Part shown: one piece after another, positions 37,811 through 48,432 of the stretch
Layout of the letters: every line of letters begins with the position of its first letter
Numbering within the stretch: the stretch's first letter is position 1
Source: an uncultured Myxococcales bacterium
Lineage (GTDB): Bacteria > Myxococcota_A > Bradymonadia > UBA7976 > VGTA01
DNA: 64,000 nt
Direction of reading: 5' to 3'
NCBI GenBank assembly: GCA_937146725.1
Contig: CAKZRU010000041.1
Location: 5,154 to 69,153 of the forward strand
Program-made: the position numbers and the translations under genes
Notes under the pieces: model-generated
Told to the model about the DNA's origin: nothing
Database searches by the model: none
What the model saw: only the letters and a program-made list of their open reading frames with translations

Positions 37811-38920
37811 ATGGTTATGAATGTTGGACACAGAACAAGTTTAACCTTGTATGTTTGGCTAATTCTCAGCCTTGTTCAGAGCTTTTCAGTAGCAGAAGCG
37901 GCCTTGGTTGTTTTACCATCAGGGGAACCTCACTCCTTGATGTGGGAACGAGTTTTAATTGTTTATGATAGTTTATCTAAACAGCAAACTGTGATTGGTG
38001 AGGCCGCTGTATCGAGTTCTCCTAGTCAATTTGCAGTTTTGATCGCTACGCCTAAAAACGCGGTGATTAATTATACAACAACTCGAATCTGGAGGAAGCT
38101 AAGGCCATATATTAAAGTGCCAGAACGAACGGTTCGAGCATTGGATTTATCCGTTGATTCTTGGTTATGGAATCGCTTTGCTTTTCAAGACCAAAAAGTG
38201 GCCAAGCATAAAGAGCATATCGATGTCCTCAAGTCTCGAGACACACAAGTACATATTCAAGAGCGCGCCTTACATGAATGGCTGATTAGCCGTGGATTAA
38301 GTTTGAGTCCACAGCAGGCCCTAAGTATTAAAAAAGTATATCAGCTTGGTTTTTCTGTGGCTGCACTTCATGTACGTCCCAGACACAAAGCAAATGAGGC
38401 CTTGGCTGACGAAACTTGGACATCGACATGGATCTTTTCTTATGAGGTTGATAAACCACATTATATGTCTTTATGGCCAAGCCAAAAGGAGTTTGCTCGG
38501 TTCAATCAGAAGGACCTGGCGCAAGCTCATCAAAATAATTTAAGCTCCACAGATAAACTCAAGCTTACCTTTATTTCAGATCAAGCTCTAAAACCAAAGC
38601 ATCGTTCGATTAGCGAAACAGAGGATGAACAAATTGACGGACTTTTAAAAAGTTTAGATCGGCTTCAGCTCAAGGCTCTAAACCAATCACTTAATGCTCA
38701 AAATTGGTCATTTAACCGCCGAGGTATCTTAAGCCATTTTGAGCTTAACGCGCCCTTAGGTTTACAGCACATTAGGGCTGTGGCTTGTGATGAAAAAAAG
38801 ATTATTGCTCCGCCTGCCAAGCTCAAAGTACAAAACTATAAACTGTCTATACCCATTGAAGTTTTATTGGGCTTGATTTTAGCTTTTACTTTAATCTTAA
38901 AGAAGAAATCTAAGTATTGA
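37811..38920 (+). CDS. hypothetical exported protein with N-terminal signal and C-terminal TM anchor (possibly DUF2330-like)
   Basis: Signal TLYVWLILSLVQSFSVAEA; C-terminal IEVLLGLILAFTLILKKKSKY anchor. Confidence 0.5.
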   Translation: MVMNVGHRTSLTLYVWLILSLVQSFSVAEAALVVLPSGEPHSLMWERVLIVYDSLSKQQTVIGEAAVSSSPSQFAVLIATPKNAVINYTTTRIWRKLRPYIKVPERTVRALDLSVDSWLWNRFAFQDQKVAKHKEHIDVLKSRDTQVHIQERALHEWLISRGLSLSPQQALSIKKVYQLGFSVAALHVRPRHKANEALADETWTSTWIFSYEVDKPHYMSLWPSQKEFARFNQKDLAQAHQNNLSSTDKLKLTFISDQALKPKHRSISETEDEQIDGLLKSLDRLQLKALNQSLNAQNWSFNRRGILSHFELNAPLGLQHIRAVACDEKKIIAPPAKLKVQNYKLSIPIEVLLGLILAFTLILKKKSKY

Positions 38921-38952
38921 TAAGTAATAGATTATATTAAGGTTTAAAAGGT

Positions 38953-39999
38953 TTATTGGTTTAAGAGGTTTTGTAGATCTTGAGGCAAAGGACTGTGCCA
39001 TAAACGTTTTTGATTTTTCCAGATGAAACTCAGCTCAGAGGCATGTAAAGCATGGCGATCATGACCAAGCTTTTGATAATCTTCTTGGGTGAGTTTTCCC
39101 GCAAGCCCTTTTAAAAAATATTCTTCATCAAGACCATACAGCTTATCACCAAGCAAAGGTAAGCCCCGCAAAGAAAGATGAACTCGTATTTGGTGCTGAC
39201 GGCCGCTTTTGGGCCTTGCTTTCACGCAAAGGTAATGGTCATGTTTGACTGTCGGTTTGTTGAGTTCTCGATCACTTAATAATGTACTTCGGTATGAAGA
39301 TAAGCCTACAGATAAAACCTTAAAATGAGTGATCGCATCTTTTAATCCCCGTCCCATCTTAATCTTAATTTGACTTCTCAGATCAAAGCCCAAGGAAGTT
39401 GTTTCTAGCCATTGTTTCCCTGATTGATCTATACCTTGTTGTTCTAAAAATGCTTGGCCTTGAGGACTTATATGACAAAGGGCTACATATTCTTTTTGAA
39501 CTTTGTGTTCCAAGAATAATTGTTGTAATTCTGCTTCTACTTGCTGAGTTTTAGCGCAAATTAAAATGCCCGAGGTTTCACAGTCTAAGCGATGGACGGG
39601 TTGAGCTTGGTAGCCCTGCGCTTTCAACCAGGTTGTGATTGCACTATGGAAGCGACTTGCAGTTGGATGAACAACCCAACCGGTGGGTTTATCAATCACT
39701 AGAAAGTCATTGCATTCATCAATGATTTTAGGTCTTTCTAATAGGCTTAGATTTTCTGGTGGTACAGGACGCTCAATCCAAAGAGTTTGTAGAGCTTGCA
39801 AACGCGTGCTTTTTTTTAAGCCCGTTTTTTTCAAAAAGCCTTGCGGATCAAGTTCATACACTTGGAGCTTGGAAGCACGTGTACGTGACACTCTTGGCAA
39901 GCGTCTTGAAATAAAACGATCTAAACGCTCACCATCTCCTTGAGGGTCAACGGTTAATAACCATCCAGGACTTTGAGTTTCTAAAGGGCTAAAACTCAA
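38953..39999 (-). CDS. RluA-family 23S rRNA pseudouridine synthase (RluC/RluD-like, N-terminal S4 domain)
   Basis: LVIDKPTGWVVH, HRLDCETSGILICAK (catalytic Asp), GRQHQIRVHL motifs. Confidence 0.8.
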   Translation of the reverse strand: MSFSPLETQSPGWLLTVDPQGDGERLDRFISRRLPRVSRTRASKLQVYELDPQGFLKKTGLKKSTRLQALQTLWIERPVPPENLSLLERPKIIDECNDFLVIDKPTGWVVHPTASRFHSAITTWLKAQGYQAQPVHRLDCETSGILICAKTQQVEAELQQLFLEHKVQKEYVALCHISPQGQAFLEQQGIDQSGKQWLETTSLGFDLRSQIKIKMGRGLKDAITHFKVLSVGLSSYRSTLLSDRELNKPTVKHDHYLCVKARPKSGRQHQIRVHLSLRGLPLLGDKLYGLDEEYFLKGLAGKLTQEDYQKLGHDRHALHASELSFIWKNQKRLWHSPLPQDLQNLLNQ

Positions 40000-40017
40000 A
40001 TCTGATTCCTTTGTGAG

Positions 40018-41196
40018 CTATTTAATATAGCTCATACGACTCATATCACGAGTCATATTCTTTTGATGCGCTTCATTGGTTCCCCCACCAATTTCAATCA
40101 ATCTTGCATCTCTCCACAAACGCTCTACATGGTATTCACCTACATAGCCATAACCACCTAGGACTTGGATTGCACGATCGGCTACTTGCTTAGCCATTCG
40201 GCCACAATAAAGTTTAACTCCATCTGAATCTAAGCGGTTACCATGACTATTCAAAGAAAGGCGACCAGCCACATTATAAACATAGCTTCTACCGGCCATA
40301 TAATCAGCATATGAATCAGCGATCATGCTTTGGATTTGCCCAAAATCTCTTAAGCGCTTTCCAAAAGCATTGCGATCACTGGCATAGGTGTTCATAACCT
40401 CGATACATTTACGAGCCATACCAAGACTCATGGCAGCGAGTGTAACCCGTTCAAGTTCAAGGTTTCTCATCATATGCAAGGTCGCCTGTCCACGCTCACC
40501 AACCAAGCGATCAGCAGGTACAAAGCAATCTTCAAAAACTAATTCAGCTGTACCCGAAGCACGCATACCCAATTTATCTTTGATACGTTGACCAAGAGAA
40601 AAGCCTGGATCACCTTTTTCCACAATAAACATACTCAGAGATTGGCGATCATCACCGCTCATCCGAGCATACACCAAGAATACATCCCCTAGAGTTTGGT
40701 CATCGATTGCTCCATTGGTAATCCAAATCTTAGCACCGTTGAGTACATAACCCCCTTCGACTTCCTTAGCACTTGTACTCATCCCTAAAACATCAGTACC
40801 TGCGTTAGGTTCACTCATGCACATTCCACCGATGAGTTCACCCGAGCAGGCTTTGGGTAAGTACTTAGCTCTTTGTGCATCACTCCCATTCAGCGCTAGA
40901 TTATTTGCAAAAAGCATACTGTGAGCAAGAAAGGCTAAGCAAAAGCCTGGGTCTGCAGCGGAAAGTTCTTCATGAACAATAGTGGCTGCAACAGCGTCCA
41001 GTCCGGCACCACCCCACTTTTCAGGTACGGTTACACCTAAAAGGCCGAGATCGCCAACCGCCTTAAAAAGCTCCATATTAAATCGCTCATCACGATCATA
41101 CTCTATGGCCTGCTCAAGTACTTCTTTCTCTGAAAATTTTCTGAGCATCTCTCTGAGTGCTTGATGTTCTTCGCTTGGATTAAAAATATCATGCAT
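40018..41196 (-). CDS. acyl-CoA dehydrogenase (isovaleryl-CoA dehydrogenase-like)
   Basis: ACAD N/M/C domain motifs: GLLGVTVPEKWGG, CMSEPNAGTDV, IWITNGA, YEIGGGTNEAHQKNMTRDM. Confidence 0.85.
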   Translation of the reverse strand: MHDIFNPSEEHQALREMLRKFSEKEVLEQAIEYDRDERFNMELFKAVGDLGLLGVTVPEKWGGAGLDAVAATIVHEELSAADPGFCLAFLAHSMLFANNLALNGSDAQRAKYLPKACSGELIGGMCMSEPNAGTDVLGMSTSAKEVEGGYVLNGAKIWITNGAIDDQTLGDVFLVYARMSGDDRQSLSMFIVEKGDPGFSLGQRIKDKLGMRASGTAELVFEDCFVPADRLVGERGQATLHMMRNLELERVTLAAMSLGMARKCIEVMNTYASDRNAFGKRLRDFGQIQSMIADSYADYMAGRSYVYNVAGRLSLNSHGNRLDSDGVKLYCGRMAKQVADRAIQVLGGYGYVGEYHVERLWRDARLIEIGGGTNEAHQKNMTRDMSRMSYIK

Positions 41197-41434
41197 ATGT
41201 ATGAACCCCTTGGTTATGTTTCGAGCTCGATTAATGAATTAGGGCTTTGTAAAGCCACTCAACCACTTATGATCATCATGAGCGACTGTACTGATTAAAG
41301 CGCAATCCTATGTATCATTTTGTGCTCTTAAAAAAAACTTAACATTAACTTTACGCTATTTTTACACACAATCGTGCAACATAAGGTCATGGAAAGCAAT
41401 CCAATAACTATGATCGCAAGCTGATAAAATTTAA

Positions 41435-42181
41435 GTGAAAGATAAAAACATGACTAACATTAAACATCTCGCAATAATTATGGATGGCAATGGTCGTTGG
41501 GCTGAACAGCAAGGATTACCAAGAGCGGTTGGTCATGAAAAAGGTGCAGAAGTTGTGAGAGCTGTCACTCGAGCAGCCAAAGCGAGAAGCATAAAGCATC
41601 TCACACTTTTTGCCTTTAGCAGCTTAAATTGGGGACGTCCCACCCAAGAAGTTAATGCCCTCATGGATCTACTTTGTCATTTTCTTGAATCCCAAGAGCA
41701 GTCAATGATTGAGGAAGGGATTTGTTTAAGGGGGATTGGCGAGCGTTCATTTTTACCACAAAGAGTTAAATCTTTGTTGGAGCGTGTTGAAGAAAATACC
41801 AATCAAAATAATGAGTTATTCCTTAATCTAGCGATTTCGTATGATGGGCGTAGAGACTTGGTTAAAGCGACTCAACAGTTGGTTGCTCTTGCCTGCCAAG
41901 GGCTTTTATTGCCGGCTGATGTGCAAGAAGAATTAATTATGCAAAAATTGGCGACAGGGAATACGCCCGATGTTGATCTTTTAATCCGCACTTCCGGTGA
42001 ACAACGTTTATCAGGATTTTTGCCGATCGAAGCCTGTTATGCAGAACTTGTTTTTATCGATAAATTGTGGCCTGACTTTACCAGCCAAGACTTAGATCGA
42101 GCACTCGATGAGTTTGAGAGTAGGCAACGTCGCTTTGGGCTAACAGGACATCAACTTGAGTTGAGTATGAGTCCTGCTTAA
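41435..42181 (+). CDS. uppS: isoprenyl transferase (undecaprenyl diphosphate synthase)
   Basis: HLAIIMDGNGRWA signature, FAFSSLNWGRP, RTSGEQRLSGFLP motifs. Confidence 0.9.
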   Translation: MKDKNMTNIKHLAIIMDGNGRWAEQQGLPRAVGHEKGAEVVRAVTRAAKARSIKHLTLFAFSSLNWGRPTQEVNALMDLLCHFLESQEQSMIEEGICLRGIGERSFLPQRVKSLLERVEENTNQNNELFLNLAISYDGRRDLVKATQQLVALACQGLLLPADVQEELIMQKLATGNTPDVDLLIRTSGEQRLSGFLPIEACYAELVFIDKLWPDFTSQDLDRALDEFESRQRRFGLTGHQLELSMSPA

Positions 42182-42276
42182 GGCTAGCCATCTTAAATAT
42201 GCTTGAAGGATATGCTTAATAATTGTGACTTTGTTTGCCAAAACGCACTAAGTCAAGATATTGAATCCTTGCTTAC

Positions 42277-44706
42277 TTGGATAGATTAAGTATAAGTTTC
42301 CATTATTTGGTGTTATCAACAAAGTATGTGGAACAAACGATACACCGAGGGAGACTTCTATTGTGTCAAGGTCAAATGAGTGCTTTGGATAGTGCTCAAT
42401 CACAGTTGTGTTTAAGTGATCAAGTAAATTCTTATCCCCGGTATTCTAGAGTACCAAGAGTTACCAAGCCATTCATTTACTTGCTACTCACTTACTTGTT
42501 ATTTATTGGGCCAGGTATTCTCTTCGCTTCTGCACAAACTGCAAACGCAGACCGAAAGAGTTTACAAGTACACCCTAGTATCCAGTTTGCCACCGAACTC
42601 GATGATGGATATGGGGCAACTACACCTGCTTTTTTCAATCTACTCAGTTTTTCCGGAGAAGAAGGCTATTGGAAAAATGCTCAGGTTGAAATCAAGTTTC
42701 CGATCAGAGAAAAAGATCTTTTACTTGCTAAGTCTCTTAAACAATTTACGACATCTAGTTCTGCACAGACAAGCGAAGCAAGTAGTATCCAGAGTATGCT
42801 TCCAAAACTAGATTATCATGCAGTGGGACAACTTGAAGCCATCAATGATTTGGATCCACCTATTTGGGTACTTTGGCTGCCTTTGTCTTCTGAGCAGCTC
42901 AATAAACCGGAACTCAAAGCCGTGGAACAGGTCTTAAGTGTACTTAGAGACTATGCCGAACCGGAAAGTATTGTATATATTTATCAAGGACAGTTGATTC
43001 CCAAATCAACCAATATCAGCTTTAGAGTTGCTGACTTTAATCTAACTAAGATCAAAAAACTCAGAGTTAATGATGACTCTGATCATAAAGAATACAGTCA
43101 ATTTTCGCTTGAGGGCTTTGGAGAATTACTCAAAGCGGTTCAGTTTCAATATAACTCACCCAATGATCAGGTTCTCAGTAAAAGTAGCTATAAGTGTGGA
43201 AGAGCCTGTCGGGAAATGATGCCAACCCTTAGGGTCATTGCTTTAAATCATGGGGAACTTGATTTAAAAACTCAAATACCAAAACGGTTTAAGGCTCTTT
43301 TTGAATCCATTCACTACCCTGAGCATTTTCTGTATAAACCGGTTCTTACCATCGTGAATACCGCAGAGCAAAGTATTGAAAAAAATAATCTATCTGTACC
43401 TTGGTTAAAGAACTTTAGTTTGCCAAGTTTTGAAAAAGATATTCTCGATCTTAACTTTTCTTTCGTACAAAGAATTAAGCAGATTAGATCACATGCAAGT
43501 TCAATGTATTATTTAACAGCACCGATCTCTATTCCTACATACTTTTGGGGCCAAGAAAGTATTGAGATATCAACCCGTGTGAGTCAAGGGGAGGAAAGTG
43601 TTGTTCAAAGCGCTCTTCTCAAGTTTGCTGCACTCAATAATGATCATCTCAGTCAAAAGCGAGTTGAGAAATCAACTGTCTATCAAGATCTTTTAGAAAA
43701 AGCTCGAAAACAGTTCATTCAGCCATCGACAAGACCTTTAATTACCAAAGTTCTACTCGGATTGATTTGGTTAGCTGTTGTTATGGCTATTTTTGTCATT
43801 TTTATTCGCTTACGAAAGACTCGTACTCGAGTGACTTTAGACCATAATATCAATATACAGACAGAGCCTTTAATCAATCATGTAAATGTTGATCAATTTG
43901 ATAAAAGGGATAGCGATCAACAGCCAGCAGAGTATGTTGACAGTATAAGCCAAGCGCCTAGAGCACAAGATTTGAGTCCTGATGAGTATGCACGTCAAAA
44001 AAGACAGGAAAGAGAAAGGTCATTACCTCGGAAAAAGCCTTCACAATTGAGCCCAATGGTTAATCCTGAAGATCCTTCAACTATGCCTGCCCCCGCGGCT
44101 GAAGCAAAGATTTCCGATCAACCACAAAACCTAATGAACCCAAATCAAGAAACTTCTTTTGAGCCTTTAGAATCGATTGACCCCAATGCAGAGATTCCTC
44201 AACTTGGTTCTCATGCTCAGTTCAGTTCACTAGCTGATCATGCTCAGTTCAGTAGCATAAGTTCTATGGAAGCTAGTTTAATTGCATCAGAGATGGACTC
44301 AAGCGAGGCTGTGACCCTAAAAAGTACACCTATTCTTGCAGGGTTATATGCAGAAGCTGGACCGATGAAACGCTTTTTCTTTTTAATCAGAAGAAAGGTG
44401 TCCATGGTTGGACGAGATCCAAGTAATCACTGTGATTTACCGCCTGATGGTACACGCGCAGATCGGCAAATTAGTAGAAGACATTTTGAGCTTACTCTAG
44501 TCGAAACGGATCGTTGGGAAGTAAGATGTGTGTCAAGCCAAGGAATTACGGTTAATCAAACCATGCTAAGTTTAGGTGAAAGTGGAACCATTAAAGATAA
44601 CGACTTAATCTATTTAGGAGAAAGTACTTTACGTTTTCGCTGTTCAACCGCATGGAAAGCACATCAAGTAAAGGCCCACTTAAAAATCATTCCACTGCAG
44701 AGCTAA
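42277..44706 (+). CDS. bitopic membrane protein with large periplasmic N-terminal domain and cytoplasmic C-terminal FHA domain
   Basis: Signal/anchor FIYLLLTYLLFIGPGILFASAQT; mid TM LITKVLLGLIWLAVVMAIFVIFI; C-terminal FHA (MVGRDPSNHCDLPPDGTRADRQISRRHFELTL...NDLIYLGESTLRF). Confidence 0.6.
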   Translation: MDRLSISFHYLVLSTKYVEQTIHRGRLLLCQGQMSALDSAQSQLCLSDQVNSYPRYSRVPRVTKPFIYLLLTYLLFIGPGILFASAQTANADRKSLQVHPSIQFATELDDGYGATTPAFFNLLSFSGEEGYWKNAQVEIKFPIREKDLLLAKSLKQFTTSSSAQTSEASSIQSMLPKLDYHAVGQLEAINDLDPPIWVLWLPLSSEQLNKPELKAVEQVLSVLRDYAEPESIVYIYQGQLIPKSTNISFRVADFNLTKIKKLRVNDDSDHKEYSQFSLEGFGELLKAVQFQYNSPNDQVLSKSSYKCGRACREMMPTLRVIALNHGELDLKTQIPKRFKALFESIHYPEHFLYKPVLTIVNTAEQSIEKNNLSVPWLKNFSLPSFEKDILDLNFSFVQRIKQIRSHASSMYYLTAPISIPTYFWGQESIEISTRVSQGEESVVQSALLKFAALNNDHLSQKRVEKSTVYQDLLEKARKQFIQPSTRPLITKVLLGLIWLAVVMAIFVIFIRLRKTRTRVTLDHNINIQTEPLINHVNVDQFDKRDSDQQPAEYVDSISQAPRAQDLSPDEYARQKRQERERSLPRKKPSQLSPMVNPEDPSTMPAPAAEAKISDQPQNLMNPNQETSFEPLESIDPNAEIPQLGSHAQFSSLADHAQFSSISSMEASLIASEMDSSEAVTLKSTPILAGLYAEAGPMKRFFFLIRRKVSMVGRDPSNHCDLPPDGTRADRQISRRHFELTLVETDRWEVRCVSSQGITVNQTMLSLGESGTIKDNDLIYLGESTLRFRCSTAWKAHQVKAHLKIIPLQS

Positions 44707-44712
44707 ACTTTT

Positions 44713-46821
44713 ATGAATGAGCTACAGAAGGCAAGACCCACCAGTTCAGCACATCGTTTGTATGCCTTAATCAGCATTGTGATTCCAAGTTGCTGCCTAT
44801 TCATCATCAGCATACAAGATCGAGTGCTTAAGTCGAATCATCAAGCATTGAGTTCATCGTTAAAAATATTGGCTGGTACTAGTTTTATTGTTGCTTTAAG
44901 CGCTCTTTTTTATGGTTTACAAAAACGTAAAAAAAGAGAGTCAATAAACTTTGAAGCACTGATTCAATGGCGACCAAGAAGCTCTCATTTTATTCAGACG
45001 ACAGCGCAAGGCTTGGTATATCTTGCCTGGATTATGGCGTGGCCTGTGGCTCAAGAGCATTTACTGCTTTTATGGGCACAAGTTTGCTTTGCTTATCTGT
45101 GTGATGCTTCAATTTCATGGTTTAAGCATGGAAGCTATCGCTTAAATCTTGCACCCATCCCCATTGTATTTAGTACAAATCTTTTTCTCTTTTTTAAGGA
45201 TGAATACTTTGTTTGGCAATGGGCGCTGATTGCAGTCGCTTTGTTATCACGTGAACTGTTTAGATGGCGCCGAGAAGGACGAGATGTACATATCTTTAAT
45301 CCTTCGGCAATCGCTCTTTCTTTGTGTGCTTTGGTACTCATCAATACAGACACAATGCATTATACTTGGGGCGAAATGATCGCTCGATCACATGGCTTTA
45401 GTGAATATCCCTACGAAGTCATGTTTGCTGCCGGTCTTTTGGTTTCTAGCTTCTTTACCGTCGGTTTTACGATCGTAAGCGCAACGATTGGTAGTCTGCT
45501 TTTGGGTGAGCTCTATTTTGAGTATTTTGGGATTTATCGTTACCTTGATACAAGCATTCCAATCGCAGTCTTTTTAGGCATGAACCTTTTGGTGACCGAT
45601 CCGGTGAGTTCACCATGGCGTCGAGATTCAAAGATTTTATATGGCTTACTCTATGGACTCAGTGTTTTTATTTTATACGGAATCTTAAGAGATCTAGAGC
45701 GCAGCCCCACTCCCAATGATGTCGGCTTAAGTGCAGCCTTTTGTGATAAGTTATTGGCTGTTCCCTTATTAAATCTATGTTCACCTTGGCTTGACCGAAT
45801 CATGAGAATGATTTTTGGGGATAAGGAAAAGGGACTGAGTGCTTGGGTTAATCAACAGGAAGCAAGTTTATCAAATGCTGTTAAAGGCCCTTGGTTTGCG
45901 CGCTTTATTTTCATTGGTGCTTGGGCGGGTCTCTTTTTAGCATGGGTACGTCCAAGCGTATATGAGCATCCCGGAAAGAATGTAGAGTTTTGGGTCAAGG
46001 CCTGTGAGTCAGGTGGGGCAGGTGAGGCAAGTACACGGCATCCTTATGCCTGCGAAAACCGAAATCGTATGTATTTGCGTGCTTGTGAGTCAGAAGCGTT
46101 GCCCGCCTGTCACAACTTAGCCTTGATTTTTGAAGAACAGCAACCGCTGTTGTCAATCAAGTATTATGCGCATGCTTGCGAAGGAGGCTTAGCACAAAGC
46201 TGTAATCATCTTGGTGGAATGCTATTTATGAAGGCCGAAAAGACACAAGACAGTGTGCTTTTAAATGAAGCTGAAAAGTACTTACGACAGGCCTGCTCTA
46301 AAGATGTATATGAAGCCTGCACTCGTCAAGCCACTTTGCTTCGCTCACAACTTTTAGATCGAAGTCAATGGACGGCTCAAGATTGGGAAGGACTGTGGAC
46401 TTTGTTAAATCAAGCATGTGATGGTGGTGAGCCTTATGCTTGCTTTGAATTAAGTCAATATAATTTAATGCATCCACAGGATGCGAATATGCGTTGTCGT
46501 GATGGAGATGAACTCATGTGCTTAGTCTTGCAAAAAAGACAGCAATTATCTGTGCAAGCCATACAAGCAAATACTCAGCATATCATGGCCAAGCCATATC
46601 CAAACTTTGAACCGATCTTTAAGGAAGCAAGAGCACAGCTTGCGGTCGCCTGCTCGGCCTCTCTGCCTTTGGCCTGTGTTAATTTAGCATGGATGCTTTG
46701 GAGAGGGGATGGTGGTATTACAGATCAAGCTCGAGCTTTAAAGCTGATGAAGCAGGCCTGTGATCAAGGCCAAAAACAAGCCTGTGAACGCTTAAATTGG
46801 ATGCAAAAGAACTCTCGATAA
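44713..46821 (+). CDS. polytopic membrane protein fused to C-terminal cysteine-containing Sel1-like (TPR-like, HcpA-like) repeat domain
   Basis: Multiple N-terminal TM helices (aa 1-430); C-terminal repeats KACESGGAGEA..YACEN, RACESEALPACHNLALIF, HACEGGLAQSCNHLGGM, QACDGGEPYACFELS, QACDQGQKQACERLNWM (Sel1 pattern A..C..G....C..Lg). Confidence 0.6.
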   Translation: MNELQKARPTSSAHRLYALISIVIPSCCLFIISIQDRVLKSNHQALSSSLKILAGTSFIVALSALFYGLQKRKKRESINFEALIQWRPRSSHFIQTTAQGLVYLAWIMAWPVAQEHLLLLWAQVCFAYLCDASISWFKHGSYRLNLAPIPIVFSTNLFLFFKDEYFVWQWALIAVALLSRELFRWRREGRDVHIFNPSAIALSLCALVLINTDTMHYTWGEMIARSHGFSEYPYEVMFAAGLLVSSFFTVGFTIVSATIGSLLLGELYFEYFGIYRYLDTSIPIAVFLGMNLLVTDPVSSPWRRDSKILYGLLYGLSVFILYGILRDLERSPTPNDVGLSAAFCDKLLAVPLLNLCSPWLDRIMRMIFGDKEKGLSAWVNQQEASLSNAVKGPWFARFIFIGAWAGLFLAWVRPSVYEHPGKNVEFWVKACESGGAGEASTRHPYACENRNRMYLRACESEALPACHNLALIFEEQQPLLSIKYYAHACEGGLAQSCNHLGGMLFMKAEKTQDSVLLNEAEKYLRQACSKDVYEACTRQATLLRSQLLDRSQWTAQDWEGLWTLLNQACDGGEPYACFELSQYNLMHPQDANMRCRDGDELMCLVLQKRQQLSVQAIQANTQHIMAKPYPNFEPIFKEARAQLAVACSASLPLACVNLAWMLWRGDGGITDQARALKLMKQACDQGQKQACERLNWMQKNSR

Positions 46822-46890
46822 AAGAAGTGTCTTTACCTGTCTCTACCATGCGGATAGATAGTTTGGGATATGAGTCGTTGGATATGAGTC

Positions 46891-47394
46891 ATGAATCAGC
46901 CTAATCCTTACTTAGATGATCGCCAAGTTCAGTTTGTGATCGATATGCTCAAGCAAGGCCATACCGTTAAAATACAGGTATATGGAGATTCCATGCATCC
47001 ATCCATCTTATCTGGATCAGATGTCTATATTCAGTCAATCGCTTATAAGAATCTTTCTCAGATTAAAAAAGGTGAACTCATCCTTTGTTTGATCGCTCTT
47101 GAATCTTCACACCCCCATTGGGTTTTACACAGAGTACTCAGTCATCAAAGAAAGCAAAAAACCTTGCTTCTTGGAGGGGAACGTTTACCTATTAATGATG
47201 ATATCCGCTCATACGATCAGGTTTTAGGCCGAGTCATTAGAATAAATAGTCCGCCTCAAAAACTGAAATTAGAACACTTTTTTAGTTATTTACTAGCAAG
47301 ATTGACCCAAAAAAGTCCCCAGTCTATGATCAGTCGTTATTTGGGCTTACTCAACCTTTATTTATATCGACTTTATAGACGACTTAAGTCTTAG
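46891..47394 (+). CDS. S24/S26-family serine peptidase (signal peptidase I / LexA-like catalytic domain)
   Basis: VYGDSMHPSILSGSDVYIQSI (GxSMxP Ser nucleophile motif) with downstream Lys candidates; 167 aa. Confidence 0.5.
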   Translation: MNQPNPYLDDRQVQFVIDMLKQGHTVKIQVYGDSMHPSILSGSDVYIQSIAYKNLSQIKKGELILCLIALESSHPHWVLHRVLSHQRKQKTLLLGGERLPINDDIRSYDQVLGRVIRINSPPQKLKLEHFFSYLLARLTQKSPQSMISRYLGLLNLYLYRLYRRLKS

Positions 47395-48338
47395 TCTGAA
47401 GAATCTTCATGAAAGCTTTGAGGTAACAAACCAAGCAGTTTACCGATTAAACGATCAAATACTCGAGTTGGCAAGCGCTTGGGTAAAAAGACTCTTATAA
47501 AAAAGCCGGGAGTTTTTACATAGCGTGTCTTGGGTTTAGAGGCAATTAAAGCCTTGTGGATGACCTTAGCGATTTCCACGGGCGCTAAACCTTTGCGACC
47601 TCCTTGCACAATGAATTCATAAAAGCGCTTAAGGGCATGAGCATAAAGGCCATCTTTAAATGGATTTTCTTCGGGGGTTGGAGCCTTATCCCAGATTTCT
47701 GTATTAATGGGACCCGGCTGAACAATGATGACATCTACCCCAAAGGGTAAGAGCTCCATTCGTAAAGAATCAGATATACCTTCAAGGGCAAACTTAGAAG
47801 CCGTATACGGACCTACAAAGGGCATCGCTCGCTCACCAGAGATTGAACTGACCTGAATAATTCGTCCGCCTTGCTTAGAGCCTGCTTTAACGCCTAAAGC
47901 AGGTGCCAAAGCCCTAATCATCCTCATAGGGGCGACCACATTGACTTCAAGTTGCTGTTGAAGAACTTGATCATCTAACTCCACTAAAGGACCACCTAAT
48001 GCAATACCTGCATTATTAATTAAGGCATCTAAATATGGTCTTTGATTAAGATGTAAAAACTGATCTATGGCCACTGCCAAGGCATCGACTTGATCAGGAA
48101 AACAGACATCGAGCAAGATTGGGAAGATATTGCTGTGTAACTTGGTTAGACGTTCAGCATCTTGAGTTTTGCGTACCGTAGCAATGACAAAAAACTTGCG
48201 TTCAGCCAAATAAGAGGCGCTTGCATACCCAATACCTGTCGATGCACCGGTTAATATAACAATTGAGAGATCGGAGCTGACTTGCTGATTGGCAAGGTCT
48301 TTGTAAAGCTCTTTAGAGTTGGTGATTGGTGAGGTCAT
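47391..48338 (-). CDS. SDR-family short-chain dehydrogenase/reductase
   Basis: TGASTGIG cofactor-binding motif, NNAG, YTASK (YxxxK active site). Confidence 0.85.
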   Translation of the reverse strand: MTSPITNSKELYKDLANQQVSSDLSIVILTGASTGIGYASASYLAERKFFVIATVRKTQDAERLTKLHSNIFPILLDVCFPDQVDALAVAIDQFLHLNQRPYLDALINNAGIALGGPLVELDDQVLQQQLEVNVVAPMRMIRALAPALGVKAGSKQGGRIIQVSSISGERAMPFVGPYTASKFALEGISDSLRMELLPFGVDVIIVQPGPINTEIWDKAPTPEENPFKDGLYAHALKRFYEFIVQGGRKGLAPVEIAKVIHKALIASKPKTRYVKTPGFFIRVFLPKRLPTRVFDRLIGKLLGLLPQSFHEDSSD

Positions 48339-48432
48339 AAATTCTACCTATAAATCAAGATATGTATCTGTTCAGATCGCTTTGTTCGTGTTATCAATCT
48401 TCAGTAAATTTCTCTAGACTCAAGCCGAGATC

